A stretch of 64,000 bases of DNA. Source: Octopus vulgaris. Its lineage: Eukaryota. Below are positions 39,690-54,910 of this stretch, in pieces. Position 1 is the stretch's first letter; each line of letters starts with the position of its first letter. The notes below the pieces were generated by a model. It saw only the letters and a program-made list of their open reading frames with translations. It searched no databases and was not told the DNA's origin. Position numbers and translations under genes: made by a program. The stretch spans positions 55,614,001 through 55,678,000 of the forward strand of contig OX597814.1 in assembly GCA_951406725.2 (NCBI GenBank). The letters are read 5' to 3'.

Positions 39690-39707
39690 TTCTCATTACA
39701 TTATATC

Positions 39708-40125
39708 TACTGATTGTCAGGCCAAAGTTATTGCAGGCAGTGGAAAAACAGTTCATGCTCTGCTGCATCTGGGCCTCTGTGGCAATGTTGAGTGTGCACT
39801 CATCTGTAAACAAGAAGTCATGTACTGAGTCCTCTTTTACCTTGGTCCTGTCCTGTAGCTTCTACTGGTTGAAGAGTCTGTCATCAGTGCTGAATCTGAT
39901 CTTGATGCTGGTTTTGTCATTATTGCAGAATGCATCAGACAGCATGTCTGAGAAAGGCATGAACAGGGTAGGTGCAAGTACACAGCCTTGTTTGACTTCA
40001 TTAGTGACTGAGAATGCATCAGAAGAATCTCCACTGTCCAGTACTCAAGTGAGTATGCCATCAGGAAAGTGTTGTACCATGCTTATGAATTTGTCAGGGC
40101 AGTCAAACTCTACTATCATATTCTA
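39708..40125 (-). mobile_element. RTE-clade LINE RT fragment
   Basis: CPDKFISMV...FSVTNEVKQGCVLAPTLF...LFTDECTL...FSTACNNFGLTIS. Confidence 0.85.
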
Positions 40126-40223
40126 CAGCAACAGAGGTGCCACCTCCTAACAACAGAACAGGGTGGCAAGGGCACAAAGAAAATCTTAAATATGTGTTTG
40201 CATACACATACAGATATGATGTG

Positions 40224-40394
40224 TGTATGAAAGTATTCATGCACGGTGTATTGTGGTCATCAACTCAGTTTCATGCATAGCCAATTTCTTATTGGAGATA
40301 ATCAGATGATTAATTAGATGATTAATTAATTAGTATGTATGTATGTATGTATGTATGTATGCATGCAATGCATGTATGTATATATGAATGCATG

Positions 40395-40442
<48 letters not shown>

Positions 40443-40831
40443 CATGACACACACATACACACACACACACACACAAATACAATGAGAAGAATGTGCATAT
40501 GATTTAACTTAGTAGCAAACGAAGCAATAACACACCAATGTGAGCATATATATGCCACCTGGTTTCAATGAAAAAATTTTGTGACTAATGGAATTGTTAA
40601 TTTTGCAAGATAATAACCCAATATTCTATAAACTTATTCAGATACTCATATACCAACAGGCATGTGTGTGTGTGTATGTAGGAGTGCACATATGCATACA
40701 TGAAAGTATTCATGCACGGTGTATTGTGGCCATCAACTCAGTTTCATGCATAGCCAATTTCTTATTGGAGACATGTACCCGAAACAAGTTTGATCATATT
40801 TCTAACATGGGCTCCTCAGATGATTAATTAG
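40224..40831. repeat. Local direct duplication (40224-40318 / ~40697-40831)
   Basis: About 75 bp nearly identical (tgaaagtattcatgcacggtg...cttattggaga), both followed by tcagatgattaattag. The first copy lacks about 40 bp. Confidence 0.85.
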
Positions 40832-41683
40832 CCCTGATTTTAAAAATTTGTTGTAGCAAATGTAGCACACTTTTGTAGAGGATCTTACCAGCAGTAGCTC
40901 CAACTTGAACATTCATCAGTCAAGCAATAGATGAGCACATCTTTGGGTGTAAAGGACAGCAGTGCTTTGTCAGAGCTGTCAAAGCTATTCAATATCTGAA
41001 CTTTCATAACTGATAAGCCTGACTTTAGAAAGTGCAATAAATCCAAGATAATGCAGGTAAGATTAACTCTGAGCCCTATACCATGCAGAATTTCAGCAGG
41101 TTGCAGTTTTTGATAATCTATAGTGAATGAATATATGTATATATGCATATATCCATTTACTATCGACTATATGTATACTTATATTCATGCTTATATGTGA
41201 GTGTGTGTATCTCTATAGCTAGTATTAAAAAACCTAAAGTACAGATAGTTTCTGGTCATCTTAACCTTTGTGGTGTGGCTGGATCTATAACTGATTACAC
41301 TGAAAAGTGGGTTCAGTGCAATACTTTATCCACTCAAAACGAATTCAAGCAAAAGGATTTCTTGGAATTTTGGAATACTTATATGGATTTACTGAGATAA
41401 GGAAGTGGTCTTAGTCAGTCATTAGTTAACTTCCACCATACATTCATGTATGTATATGAGCATGTATATCCCAATGCACTTGTTGCAAGACATATCAAAA
41501 CAGGATAACCAAAGACATAAGAATTATAGAATATTAAGGAGCCCATAATGTCAAAACGTGTATAATGTGAAAATGAAAATCATATGCCACAACAGATTCA
41601 AGTTACCTCTTTGATTATATCCATATTCTTTCTATGCATATATATTTCTGTATGCTTATAACTAAATTTATATATATATATAT

Positions 41684-41715
<32 letters not shown>

Positions 41716-44216
41716 TTCTCCTTTCAGAAATAATTAGCAATGTTCACATAATGGAGAAACCCAGTAATCATCATATCACAAATGAATTCCATGAGGAAAA
41801 CAATGTAATTATAAGTTAGAAAATGCTGATTTAATGTTATTCCTGTGCAATACACATGTGTAAATGTTAATGTTGTCCCTGCCAAATTTAGAGTAAGTAA
41901 TTTTGATTTTAATAATGAACACTGCCAAAAGAAGAAAACAAAAACAAAAACAAAAAGCAATCCATAGAATTCTGTATAATGATTTGTTATATTACTCAAT
42001 TGAAGCAAATCTCCAGCAGACCATAAAGGAATTGCTGAAAATATGTCATTCATTCATGCCTGTTTTGTTGTTCATAAGAACTTTAAACAGACTGGAGTAA
42101 AAAATAAACTGACACCAACGTTCTTTCAAGATTAAAACTTACTATGTATTATAGAAATAGTTTCCATCAATACTTTTTATTTCTCACCTGCTAACCATGG
42201 TTATATAAGTATTTCACATAGGTTGTAATTTTGTGCTTACATTCAGTCACATTTAGAGAAATGGACTGAGATGTGTGATGTTTTAATCTTTTTTATTGAA
42301 AGGTGTGTAAAATATCATTGTAGTCAACCCTGTTGCTTGCATCTAATGTAGTAGGTTTAACATGCAAAAGTTTCAGCATTTTAAAGATTTGTTTGGGAAA
42401 TGTAAGTTCAATGTAGGGTGAAAAAATTAAGTATTAGAAGAATACTTATTCTGTAAAACTGCCCAGGTTTCATTTGATATATACATATGTACATATTGTT
42501 TGATAGATACATATATGTATCTATCAAACAAATGATAGAAATTTTAAATTACATAGGTGATTGGTTTCATTTTCAGTGAATGTCTTTGACTTCTTTTCTG
42601 CATTACTCTTTGATATGGAAGTAATACAATGAAAACATTGAAAACATTCAAAGACAAACTGGTAATAAATAGTGGACAGAGGCCTATAGAATTTTAATAG
42701 GCACTCTAGAATTATGTGTTCAGGTTAGCTGTACAGCTAACTGTTTATTAAGTCTGCTAGAGTGATTTGATAGTTTCATATATTGCACTGCATATATGAG
42801 TAAGTAGATAAGATTCCTTAAAGTAGTATTTTAGGCAGAGTTTTACTTTAGAGTGTCAGAACACTCTTCTTTCCTCAACACTAACATTATCCATCCTTTT
42901 TTTTTCTTAACTAAGTAAACTAATTTTTCCTGGTAAATTACAACAAATCTCTCGAACAGAAGACTTCAAAGAAGTATAGAAGTAGATAAAACAGATATGT
43001 AAAAAGATCTTTTACTCTCAAATAACAAAACTATTTCCCAAAGTTATATGAATGTTATTTATAAAAAAAAACAAGAAAAGAAAAGAAAAAAGAAAACTTT
43101 ATTTAATTTCCCTCAGTACAACTAGAATACATCTCATAATTGAGTATTGTTTATTAAGCTTCCTTTTAACTTTGGTACATTTTTCAAGAAAAATTAGCTT
43201 ATGCTGAAAAGGAATTTTTTTTAATCCCATCATCTAAAGAATAATCACTTTTCTTTTCTCTGGTGCTATGAAATTACTGAACCAGCCATGCTACTTCACA
43301 ATAATTGAACAAAAGTTAAAACACGTGAAAACTGCAAAACAAATTGGGATATTATAATGTAGTGAGAAAGTAAAAGCTAAAAGTAGACCTTTTTCTTTTC
43401 TGTAAGTAAAACATTTATGAATTTCGAATATGTGTAAAATCAGCTATCATAGGAAAGAATACTATCAATTAACTACTGCATATTACTGGTATTGTTGATA
43501 TCAAGCTTGGAGCAAAGAAAAATAAAATCAACATAGAAAATATTTGTACTCAAAACATAAATAGACAAAGCAACTATGGAGGAAATTACTAAACAAGAAC
43601 TGTACATCAGATCATTTTCTATCCTGATCTGTAAATCCAGGTTCCCAAGGTAAGACAGAAGGATAAGATGAAAGAGTGTAATGATAGGGGAAGGAAAAAA
43701 CATTGCCAAGATTAGGGAGAGTCAGAATGATAAGGGAATAAGGAGGAGGTTGAATAGGAAGTGATGCAGTGCTACCCCACATTATATATGCATAGGTAGG
43801 GTGCTAGATAGGAGAGAAAGCTGATGATGAAAGGCTAGGGGCATATTCTCAAGATAAGACATCCAAGACAGACTGGTGACAGAGGAATCAGGGAGGGTGG
43901 ATAAAGTCTGCCAGAATAGAATCCTTTCTCACCCAAACATCACAATTCAGGAGGGTAACAGAGTATAGATGGTGGAGGATTGCACAAATAACATAATTTC
44001 CTCAGTCATGGGTATCATGGCATGGTGAGAAGAAATGACACAGAATAGGTAAACTGGTTAGGAGAGTACATGATGGTATGTGATGGTACAGAGTGGGTAC
44101 CAGACTAAGCTTGTATGAGAAGTCAAGTCTTCTGCAGCACTGTGTGTCACAAGCTGATAGAGTCAACTGTGTGTATGTGTATATGCATGTATATGTATAT
44201 ACATATATATATGTGT

Positions 44217-44274
<58 letters not shown>

Positions 44275-44458
44275 TTAACATATTCATAGACATGATACAT
44301 ACATACATAATCCATACATATAAAATTAGAGGTGCCTGTGGGTTTTTACTAAATCAGTAAAAGAAGGATGAAAAGAGGTATAAGAAAGAGAGAAAGAAAT
44401 GGACAGAAGCCACCCCCAATAAAGGGGAAAACAGCAGTAGTAGACAGTGACATTTAGC

Positions 44459-44529
<71 letters not shown>

Positions 44530-44929
44530 TGGGGGTAGGATTATTAAAAGAAATAGGATAGAAGCCAACTCAATGAAAGAGAGTCAGTAACAATCTATGG
44601 AAATTAGTGACTGTTCTTGTTTTTCATAGCTGCCTAAAGCAACATGGCAGATTCATTAGAAATTAATGGCAAAATGCAGTACCAATTGGGGTGCAGGGAG
44701 TTGTTCTCACTCAGCTTCAATTCAATGTACATTATAAAATTAACATACAGGGTGTTAAATATAACAAAAATGTTTTTAGGACATTGTCGACAAGAATAGT
44801 TAAAAAGAAATATATTAGTTTCACAAATTCACTATCGTTGGAAGACTTTGATTAACTAAGTTTTAGATGTGAAATTAATAGATAGAAACTCTCTCTATGG
44901 GTAATTATGTTAAATGAGACCCACAATGA

Positions 44930-45330
44930 CATACTATACCACATCTAGGCTGGTACTACTGCAACACACAGAGACATTCAAAAGTGCATCAACTTGATTG
45001 ATTGGCATAAAGCTATTCACAGAGACACTCTAGCCCTTGATTCACATATATGCTGTGTTCTCTCTGTATTTTACTATTTCTTCTACAATGGTCTCTACTT
45101 GGAGCTGGGTGGTCTTGTGATACATTCACTAAGGCACTCCTGATTCATTTGCCTCTCCTTCTCTTATTGTACATATTGTGTCAAACCTCCCAACCTCATA
45201 TTAACAACTATTCCCAGTACTTCCTTCACAAAATGTCAGCACTCTGGAATTCTCTTTTTGCAATCATTAATTTGTAACAACATCATCTCAAAGGGCTTGC
45301 AAAAACCATGGGTACACCCTCATTCTCCAA
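44930..45330 (+). mobile_element. CR1/Jockey-like LINE 3' remnant
   Basis: Fragments ...FYYFFYNGL and HINNYSQYFLHKMSALWNSL resemble LINE RT C-termini. Confidence 0.5.
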
Positions 45331-46903
45331 GCTTAGCTAATTAAAAAAAAAAAGCCTGGGATCAGGAGAAGTAAATGTAATAAAAATAGAAGTTTCAGTT
45401 AGCTATAAATGAAGACATGAGTCAAAAAGCTATCAGGGAAATAACCATGCTTGATGAGAAAAAAGGAGTATAGAGTAATCCTGTATGTGTGTACTCAATG
45501 TAAACTATGGGTAAACAAAAAGTGTGGTGAGATCTTAGGTAGAATAGTAGATGAAGATTCTAAATGAAAACCTATGAAATAAATGTTTTCAAATGCTCAG
45601 AAGGCTCCATAAAAGCAAATGATAGCTTCAGTTACCTAGATGACCTAATCAGCTACAAAGATGAGTGCTCTAAAGAATACAAAAAGAGCGGGTAAAATTT
45701 GGGGAGCTATTACTGCTACTAGCTACAAATGAATTCTCACTCAGAGTGAATAGTAGGCTAGTGTGAGAGAAAAATAGGCACTAAATAGGGAGGATATGGG
45801 AAGGCCAGAAAGAAATGAATCAAGCATAGTTTGCTGGACATGTAATATTTCTGTGAATGAACAACAGAGCATAAATGAGCAGAGAGATAACTGGGTATAA
45901 GAAGAAGCAAGAAACCATGCAAGTATGGAAATATGATGCATATGGAAGACAACAATTAGAAAAAGATGTGTCAAATGACCCAAGTAGAAGAGAACTTTGG
46001 AAATAAATCCCCAGGAAGACATGGCAAAAAATACTGAAAACTAATCTGAGGAGGCTTTATTATATATAGTGTGTTGGAGAAGACTGTTAAACCTAATTTT
46101 CTTGAAAAAAAAGAAAAAACACAAAAAACCATATAAAATGAATATGATGGTGAATATTTCCTTGATATATATTTCTCACTTGTTTTCTCAATTTCTATAT
46201 ATATTTATCACTTTTAGTAGTCACCAACTGAGAAGAATACACTCCACTTAGTAAGTCTAATATGATTAAAATATATCTGATGCTTTCACCTGTTGATTTT
46301 GAAAACCAGATATACTCCCATACTGCAGTTTCTATATTTTCCAAAAATTTCAGTTCCTTGATGTTATATGAGTTACCTCTTTTGGTTATTGTTTTTCGAT
46401 TTTAAGTAGCCCTTGAGTGCATGGATAATCTCAGTTAATCAATGTTTTTAATTCATTATATATATATTTGTATACTATATGTAGATCATTTCCCTGAGGA
46501 ATTTTCCCACTCCCACCTAACAGGCTGCACATCTGTATGCGTATATGTGACATATATATTTAAATTTTGTGGTAGCTTACTATATTAGCATATATAATAA
46601 TTTTATTGGTTGGTAACTATGCATGAATGTTTACATAGAGTGACTGGAACGTCACTAAATATTGAAAATAAAATCTTGAGTTTAACCAATGCAAGAGTTT
46701 TCATGCAGTGTGTCTAAACAAAGTAAATTACACTGCTTGCTTCACTGTGGGCTTTCCCATTGCTGTGTTCAGTAACAGGGAATACAATGAGCTAGGAAGT
46801 ATGAAAATATTTGTAAAAGTTGAAAATTTACCAACTGCTGTGATGCTAGGACAGAATGAATATAAAACATTTTTATGTTCATGCACATGTTTATATATAC
46901 ATA

Positions 46904-47942
46904 CAGGACGCAATGAATAAATTGTCATCTAAATTACACAAAAATGAAAATAACACTGACATCTCATTTTAACAGATATATTTCCCCAAATTACACAAAA
47001 ATATCTTGAAATACTAAAGAGTAAATTTATTCAATAAAATCGCCATTGGCTTCAACCACGGTATCCAGACAACTTTGGAATCTCCTGCAACTCTTCTGGA
47101 TGGTCTCCTTGTTTAAGTTGGTGAATACTGCTGTAATCCTTGCCTTCAGTTCATTTTTGGTGTTACAAGGAGTTTTGTTGGTCTCTTGCTCAACTTCACT
47201 CCACACATAATAATCAAGGGGGTTGCAGCCTGGGGAGTTAGATGGCCAGATGTTAGAGGTGGTGTGGTTGCAGAAATTGTCTGACAACCATGACTGGATT
47301 TACCTGCTTGCATGGCATGGTGCAGAGTCTTGTTGCCAGACATTGGGTTTTCTAGCAGCCACCCTCTTGACCCAGGGCAGCACTATCCCCATCAAGCACT
47401 TGATGTAGGCCTCTGTGCTGAGTCTGAGGTCATGTGGGATGATGAATGGAGTGGCCGTTTCTCATCTTGCATGAGGAATACTGAATGTCTTCAGGCACTA
47501 CCTGGCTGATCAGACACTCCCATGTCCCTGGCGATGGACCTGATTGACTTGGAGGCATCATTGTCAATCATGGACTGGATCTCACCAACAAATTCAGGAG
47601 TTCTTTTCTTATCAGAATAATCAGAGTGAATTTTCCAAGCTGCTATACCTTTGCAATCACCATTAGACTTATCCAACTCTTTCCAAATCCTCTGCACTGT
47701 CCTCAGATTGACACCCAAACACTCTGAAATGTTTGTACTGGAGCTTCTAGCATGAATGCCAAGCAGTACAGCATGCCATTTCCAAATTTCTGGTAGAGTG
47801 AATTGCATCATGGTGCTGTTTTTATCACAGATGGTGCCCAACTGACCCTACTATACTGTGTAGTTGACAAAATCAAAAACAAACAATGTGCATGTGCAAA
47901 ATCAAAAATATAAAATGGCAACAATTTACCAATCACCACCTG
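46904..47942 (-). mobile_element. Tc1/mariner-superfamily transposon (maT/DD37D-like), internally deleted
   Basis: TA-flanked imperfect TIRs (CAGG..AAATTGT); HTH region ISECLGVNLRTVQRIWKEL...SIRSIARDMGVS and WPSNSPGCNPLDYYVW...VVEANGDFIE. Confidence 0.9.
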
Positions 47943-48009
47943 TATATGTGTATGAATACATACATACATACATACATACATACATACATACATACATACA
48001 TACATACAT

Positions 48010-48042
<33 letters not shown>

Positions 48043-48149
48043 TACACACATACGCTGAAAATGTCTGATAAGGTAGGATATGTGTTAGTTCCTCACATAG
48101 TGAATGAAGTGGTAAAGACAGGTGTCACAACTAATAATGAATATAAAAC

Positions 48150-49370
48150 TTAGATAAAATGCAATCAGAGTTTGTATCAGCATGTGCTACCAGCAATGTC
48201 TTTTTCTAGTGAGATAATTACAGAAGTTTTCAGCTAAGGGAAAGCAACTGCTCCAAGCATTTGTTGATCTGAAGAATTCCTTTGACAGGAAACCATACTA
48301 TATAGTTTAATGGTTTCTAGGAAAGCTAGGTCTAGATAAATGGTTTGTGAGAGCCATGCAAGTCATGTACAGATATACTTCCAAGGTGAAACTTTAAGTT
48401 CAATGAGAAATGGAGCATGTAGGTTGATGTCTGTCAGGACTCATGTCTCATTCCTCTCTTTTTAAAATAGTTACCCAGGTTATTACTGAGTTGAACACTT
48501 GCTGTCTATGGAAGTTTTTGAGTTCTACTGATCTGCTTCTTGGAGACAAAATTCCAAATAAGGTGGCAAAGATTTGAGAGATTTCAAAGGAAAAGTGGCA
48601 CAGCTAGCAGGAAAAAAGATAGACCCCTACTACTAACTGGGAAGCGGCTATGCTATATGTGCAAAAAAAAAGGAGTGGATAGAAATTGCTTGGATACATG
48701 AGGGGTGCAGTGGATTCACAAGCAAAATTACAGAAATAAACTTCGTGTGGAGCTGATTCATAACACAGATACCTTAGAAGCTTCTTTCTCTAGGGAAAAT
48801 CTATCTATAGTGAAGGTGAGTGTTCTGAAAACCTAGTAGCCAGAGTAAGAACAGGATGGAAAACATTCAAGGAACTATTATTACTGCTGATAACTGAAAG
48901 GTTCTCTCTTTGAGAGAAAGACAGATTGTAAACACCAAATGTGATGCTACAAGGTAGCAAAATATGGACACGGGATATAGAAGATATGTAAAAGCTGGAA
49001 AGAAATGAGTTGAGCATGCTTCATTGGTTATGTAATATTAGTGTGAATGAATGATAGGTTACAAAGAAGTTGAGACAACAATTAGGTATTACAGAAACCA
49101 GCTGCAGTATGCAAGACAGGAGATTTCACTGGTGAAAATATGTGATATGCATGGAAGATGACAGTTGGATAAAGAAATGTCAAGTGATTCCAGTGGACAG
49201 AATCTACAGTAGTCATGGGAAGAAGTAGTGAACACTGATTTCAGGATACTGAACTTCATGAAGGAGATGACAAAGACCCACACCAACTCACAAGAGGCTG
49301 GGAAGGCAAAGACCCAACTCACTCAACAACCATGGAAAACCAGATGTAAAGTGATGACAATGATGATGAT
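48150..49370 (+). mobile_element. Decayed RTE-clade LINE 3' half
   Basis: FVDLKNSFDR..., LGKLGLDKWFVRAMQVMY, ARVRTGWKTFKELLLLL, and a (GAT)n-like tail. Confidence 0.75.
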
Positions 49371-50938
49371 TATAATGAAATATAATATCTGATACTGGAG
49401 ATGGCTGCTTTGTAACTCTTGTGATAAAGTACAAATGACAATTTTGCTTTCATATGTGTTCGGTGGAAGTGATCACAGTTTATGCTAAATATACAGGGAT
49501 AGTTACATTTGGCATCGTAAACTAATGAAACACAACTTTCAAGTGATGCCACTCCTTTCAAAAGTGAAGTGTTTTCTAACATTTTCCTATACAGAAGCGA
49601 GAAAGAAAATGATTAAAATAGAGAGAGAAACATAGGTGGATTTAAGAATAACAAGAAGTAAATCTCTTAATAATTCTAATCCTACTGATAAGAAAACTAG
49701 TTTGAAATATCGATGTCTGTCATTACAAACAACAAAGTTTTTTTTTAATTAAGCATTGTTTGCATATATTTGAACTCCTATCAAATCAGCTTAAAAGGTT
49801 TTGATTTAACATGCAACCTAGATTATCCTACTGCAGAAGATAATTAGTTAAGAATTCAGTAAAATTTTCTTTAAATGCTTATAGATGTATTATATATAGA
49901 GAATATCATTAAAGCAAGATATATTCCTTATTAGCTAAAGAATTGATTTTCTATAACAAGACAACTTTATTAATTAACTGTCAAGCTATTTAGGCAGTCA
50001 TAAGCCTGCATACTCTCAGCTGGATGGGCATTGTTTGCCCTACTATATGTGTATTTGGCAAGCAAATTGCTTGAGTTATTAAAACTTTGGATAGAAAGCC
50101 TTGCAGTATTTGATCTAGCTCTCTACACTCTGAGTTCAAACTCCACCAAGGGAACTTTATAAGTACAACCTTTTCTCTGTGATAGGTGTAAACATAGTTA
50201 TGATAGTTGTAGGCTGTGATAAGTACAGATATGGCAGTGTCATTAAGAAGCTTAGTTTGTAACCATGTGGTTTTTGGTTCAATCCTACTGTGTATAGCCT
50301 CAGATTGACTAATGCCTTGTGAATGAAAGAAACACTATGGAAGTCTGTCACATATATACTTATTTATACAGATATGTAGGTGTGTGCTTGTTTCTATATA
50401 CTTTTTCCATGACATGTTGGGCAGCAGTGACATATGTTTACGTTCTGCATAACCAGGCAATGCCTGAGTAGTTTGACCAGTGGAATAAAGAACCTTACTT
50501 GAAAACAAGCAAAGGTTAACATCAGAAAGGGCATACAGCCAGGACTGGATTTAAACCATGAGGGGGCCTGGGGCACTTCAAGTTTGGTGGGCCCCTTATA
50601 CACAAGAATTAAAATCTTAGAAAATTACCCAATTTAAATCTCAATACCCATCTATTTCAAATAATTGAATTTGATGTGTTAACAGAGAAAGTTTAAATAA
50701 ATGACTGAAAATGTTGCTTTATAGATACACTTGTTCAAAATTCAAATTTCATTTTTCACACATCCTCTTGTGGTGTTTGACTTTTCCTACAGAGAAAAAC
50801 ACAACAAAGGAGGGAAGAGTGGGGTAAGATTTTTTCTTTTAATGTGAGTTACATGTTTCAGAATGTAGAATAAGATAAAATGACAGAAAATTACCAAGAA
50901 AAAATCATTTTTATAGTTGTTGCTGTTCCAAAGCCATG

Positions 50939-50979
<41 letters not shown>

Positions 50980-51021
50980 TGTGTGTGTGTGTGTGTGTGT
51001 GTGCATGTGCATGTGTGTGTG

Positions 51022-51056
<35 letters not shown>

Positions 51057-51524
51057 AAGTGAGAGAGAGAGAGAGAGATGGAAAGAGTTGGGTAGAGATA
51101 CCAACATTTAAAAGACATGGATTTTAAAAATTCTTCTTTTAAAACAGCTTTTCTTCATTGTTTTGCAATGCATGAAAAAAAAATATAAAAAGCAGGGGAA
51201 ACCCTTTCTGAAAGTCTGCTTTTCCATTTTCCAATAGCAGTATGTGGAGCACTATGAGTAATATTTACTGCATTTTTGACTTCGAAAAAAATGTATTTTT
51301 TAGAAACATTCACTACCTTGTCAAAACTATATCAGCAAAGAAAAGACCTTCTCTAAATGCAGTAAAACCTATAACATATTCAGGACACTATTTCAGTAAA
51401 TTACCACTGTTCTCTTTGAGTATGTAAAAGACAAATTTAAGCAAGGGAAAATGGGTAAGACTAGACAAATTAAATATGCCCTTCCAGTTCTCAAGAATTA
51501 AATTTGAAAAAAAGTCATACACAT

Positions 51525-51910
51525 AGTGGCTGTGTGGTAAGTTGCTTGCTTACGGGCCACATGGTTCTGGGTTCAGTCCCACTGCATGGCACCTTGGGCA
51601 AGTGCCTTCTACTATAGCCTCGGGCCGACCAAAGCCTTGTGGGTGGATTTGGTAGACGGAAACTGAAAGAAGCCCGTTGTATATATGTATATATATATAT
51701 GTATGTGTGTGTATATGTTTCCATGTCTGTGTTTGTTCACCCAACATCGCTTGACAACCGATGCTGATTCGTTTACATCCCCGTAACTTAGCGGTTTGGT
51801 AAAAGGAGCCCGATAGAATAAGTACTAGGCTTACAATGAATAAGTCCTGGAGTCGATTTGCTTGACTAAAGGCGGTGCTCCAGCATGGCCGCAGTAAAAG
51901 AGTAAAGAGT
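51525..51910 (+). mobile_element. tRNA-derived SINE family A
   Basis: Closely similar to 58786-59243. Confidence 0.9.
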
Positions 51911-52569
51911 ATAAACATCCTTAGACATCAGAAAGATCAGAAATGCAACAAAATTTAAAATATCTTGGTCACATAAAAGAGGATTATGGAAAAATCTCAT
52001 ATAATATTAAATTAATGAAACTGAACTAAATCTAAAAGCTCAACATAAAATATTTTTTATAGCTTCTTCACCAAAAATTATCCAGATATTTTATTAGCCA
52101 CCTCAATTACAATAGGATCAAATTTGACGAAAAATTTCTGTAAATAGGACTTGTTACCTACGTTTCAAACTTTCAACTTCAACAACGACTATGTAAACTA
52201 TACTGACCAATTTTTACTCCCAAGTATGTAACCTATATTGATCAAATTTTACTTCCAAAGATGATGCAATGGTACAAAATGAGAGAAAATAACAAGAAAT
52301 CAGAAATTACTGATTTTGACCCAGTTACCAATTTTACCCCACTTCTATATAGTAATTCCAAGTGTTTGACTGAATGATGAAAAATATATGAAAAAATAAG
52401 AAAAAAAGGTTCAATTTTAAGAAACATTTGAATATATTTGCAATAATTCTAAAGCTGAAAAAGATTTTAATTAACTATATTTTCATATTATATTTAAATA
52501 CCTACATAGTTATATAACTATATATTTATAACTATAACAATATATATATGTATATATATATATATATCG

Positions 52570-52574
52570 TTATG

Positions 52575-52621
<47 letters not shown>

Positions 52622-52650
52622 TACTACCACTACTATTATTATTATTATTA

Positions 52651-52684
<34 letters not shown>

Positions 52685-52700
52685 CATCATCATCATTATA
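52570..52700. repeat. (ATT)n/(ACT)n/(ATC)n trinucleotide microsatellite
   Basis: Direct inspection. Confidence 0.95.
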
Positions 52701-53253
52701 CTTGTGGATGGGTTTTTTTCTTTCTTTTTTTTGCTATAGGTATATATATGTGTGTGTGTATATGTGTGTATGATATTTGTATTTAATATGCTGAATGCAT
52801 TCCCAAAGTGTCTTCCCCACAACCACATAGTGTAATTGTATTATTTTAAAACAAAAACAATAAAAATTTTATACTGGAATTAAAATAAAGGAAACTATAT
52901 TATGATGGTTTCCTGCTTAAGCAGGATACATGAGAAGAATAGAAACTAGGTTATGGACTAGTTCTCCAAGAACCTCTCCATAGAACACATACACAAACGT
53001 AGCTTAAATATTGCATACTGAAGTATCTATTCATTGCTAAGGCTTTATTATTGTATATCAGTAACAGACAGCTTTCATGCTATGTCTGGAATATAAATTA
53101 GATTCTCAAATGAAATTTATTTCTTTATATGTTTGTTTGGAGGTTGATTAAATTCAGTGGTTTGTTAGAATCACTTAAACTATAAATTACTATGTTTATT
53201 TAACCAAACAAAACATATTATGAAGATTATATATTTATAGAATATATACTTAC

Positions 53254-53333
53254 TTGATCTCTGGTTCTTTATGAAATAAAGTTGCAATCTTTCCTTAAAA
53301 GACTTCTCATTTGTGAAAAATTCTACTCTAACC
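53254..53333 (-). CDS. KCNT (slo-2): Exon of Slo2/KCNT-family sodium-activated potassium channel (N-terminal cytoplasmic segment before S1)
   Basis: 80-bp exon bounded by ttttcAG and GTAAGT on the minus strand. Translates (R)[26 protein letters not shown], matching the KCNT1/2 motif [27 protein letters not shown] as I recall it. Ends in phase 1, in frame with the next exon. Confidence 0.95.
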
Positions 53334-54528
53334 CTGAAAATAAAATAAATTCTATTAGTGAAAATTAAATATTCCAATATAGACTTATAAAAAATGTAAT
53401 GTAGATAAAAATTTTATTACAAATATGCAATATAAACATATGACATGAAAGATTAAAATAATTAGCTAAGAAATATATGCAAAGAAACAAGTATTTTGTA
53501 AACAATCATAATGTATAAAACTTAATTTTGGAGACGTTTTTATTTGAAATAAAAATTATTGATAATATACTGATCTCTTCCAATTAATTTTTCATGAAGT
53601 GAGTATAATCACTTAAAATGGCCACATTTTATGATCCTAGAAATATGAAATCTAAAGTAGATCCCATTGGGGTATGTGAACTAAAAGCATTGAAGTAACA
53701 AACTAGATACTGAAAAGCCTCCTATCCATCAAGAACACAACTATTTAAGCAAGCTTTGTTCTCTTTACATCATTGTAGAAATGAAATAACCAGGTGGATT
53801 GTTTTCAGCTACTTGAACATAGGTCATAAATTCCTGTCTACTGCTGCAGATATTTCTTTTGACCACTGGGAATAGACATCAGATAATCTTTAATAGGGAA
53901 AATTATATTAGACTATTAAAATACCTATGAAACAAATATACCTGCAATAGACCACTTTCCTATTTCAGATTACATTTATTTTCTATCTACATTTTGCTAT
54001 GAAACATGAGCTAAGCACCATCCTCTTGGGATAAGAAGGCATTCAAATTACACTACATACATAGCAGTATTACTTTTTTTATTTGTTTCTTTTTCTTTCA
54101 GATATGTGTTGTATATACTATATTTATAAGGCTTTGTAGAAATGTGTGTAATGCCCATATAAGTTATTGTGACTTTTCCTATATAATGGATAAGAATGAA
54201 GCTTGAGGCCTTGAATGTGTGTGTGCACACACAAACGTACATATATATGAATGTATGCATTAAATATGAACATATATATATGTATGTATGTATTTATGTA
54301 TGTATGTATATTGTGTTTATGCATGTGTATGTGTGTGTGTGTACAAACAAACACACATATACACATGTTCTTGTGTATACAAACATGCAACATATATACA
54401 AACAACTTGCAATGTTTTCAACAGATCGTTCTAAATGGACACCTAACAACATACCTACAAAAGTTCTCTAGACATTGCTAAAGTTGAAGTACAAAACGTT
54501 TAAGTGAAGGTTTGAAATATGTTAGAAT

Positions 54529-54565
<37 letters not shown>

Positions 54566-54910
54566 AGCAATAATGATTGCTACTGATACCATGAATGGTG
54601 ACTTAATAGGTTAAGTTTTAATCAATGGCAATGTATATTTTTCTGATAAATTAGAGCAATTTCAAAGCAAATAAACACAATAACAGTGAAATATCAGCCC
54701 ACCAGATGACACCAGAAAAAAAATGTATTTCTCATATTAAACAGGAATACAGTGAAAATATTGATTCAATAAAGCATGAAAAACGAATAGATTAGGAGTG
54801 GATACATCTTAAAATGAATGCTGAGATTTTAACCAATCTCTGGTATCTGTTGTACACCAGGTTTCTTTCTTCTGATACCAAAGCCTCTCACTCATATTTG
54901 TAGCAGCTCT

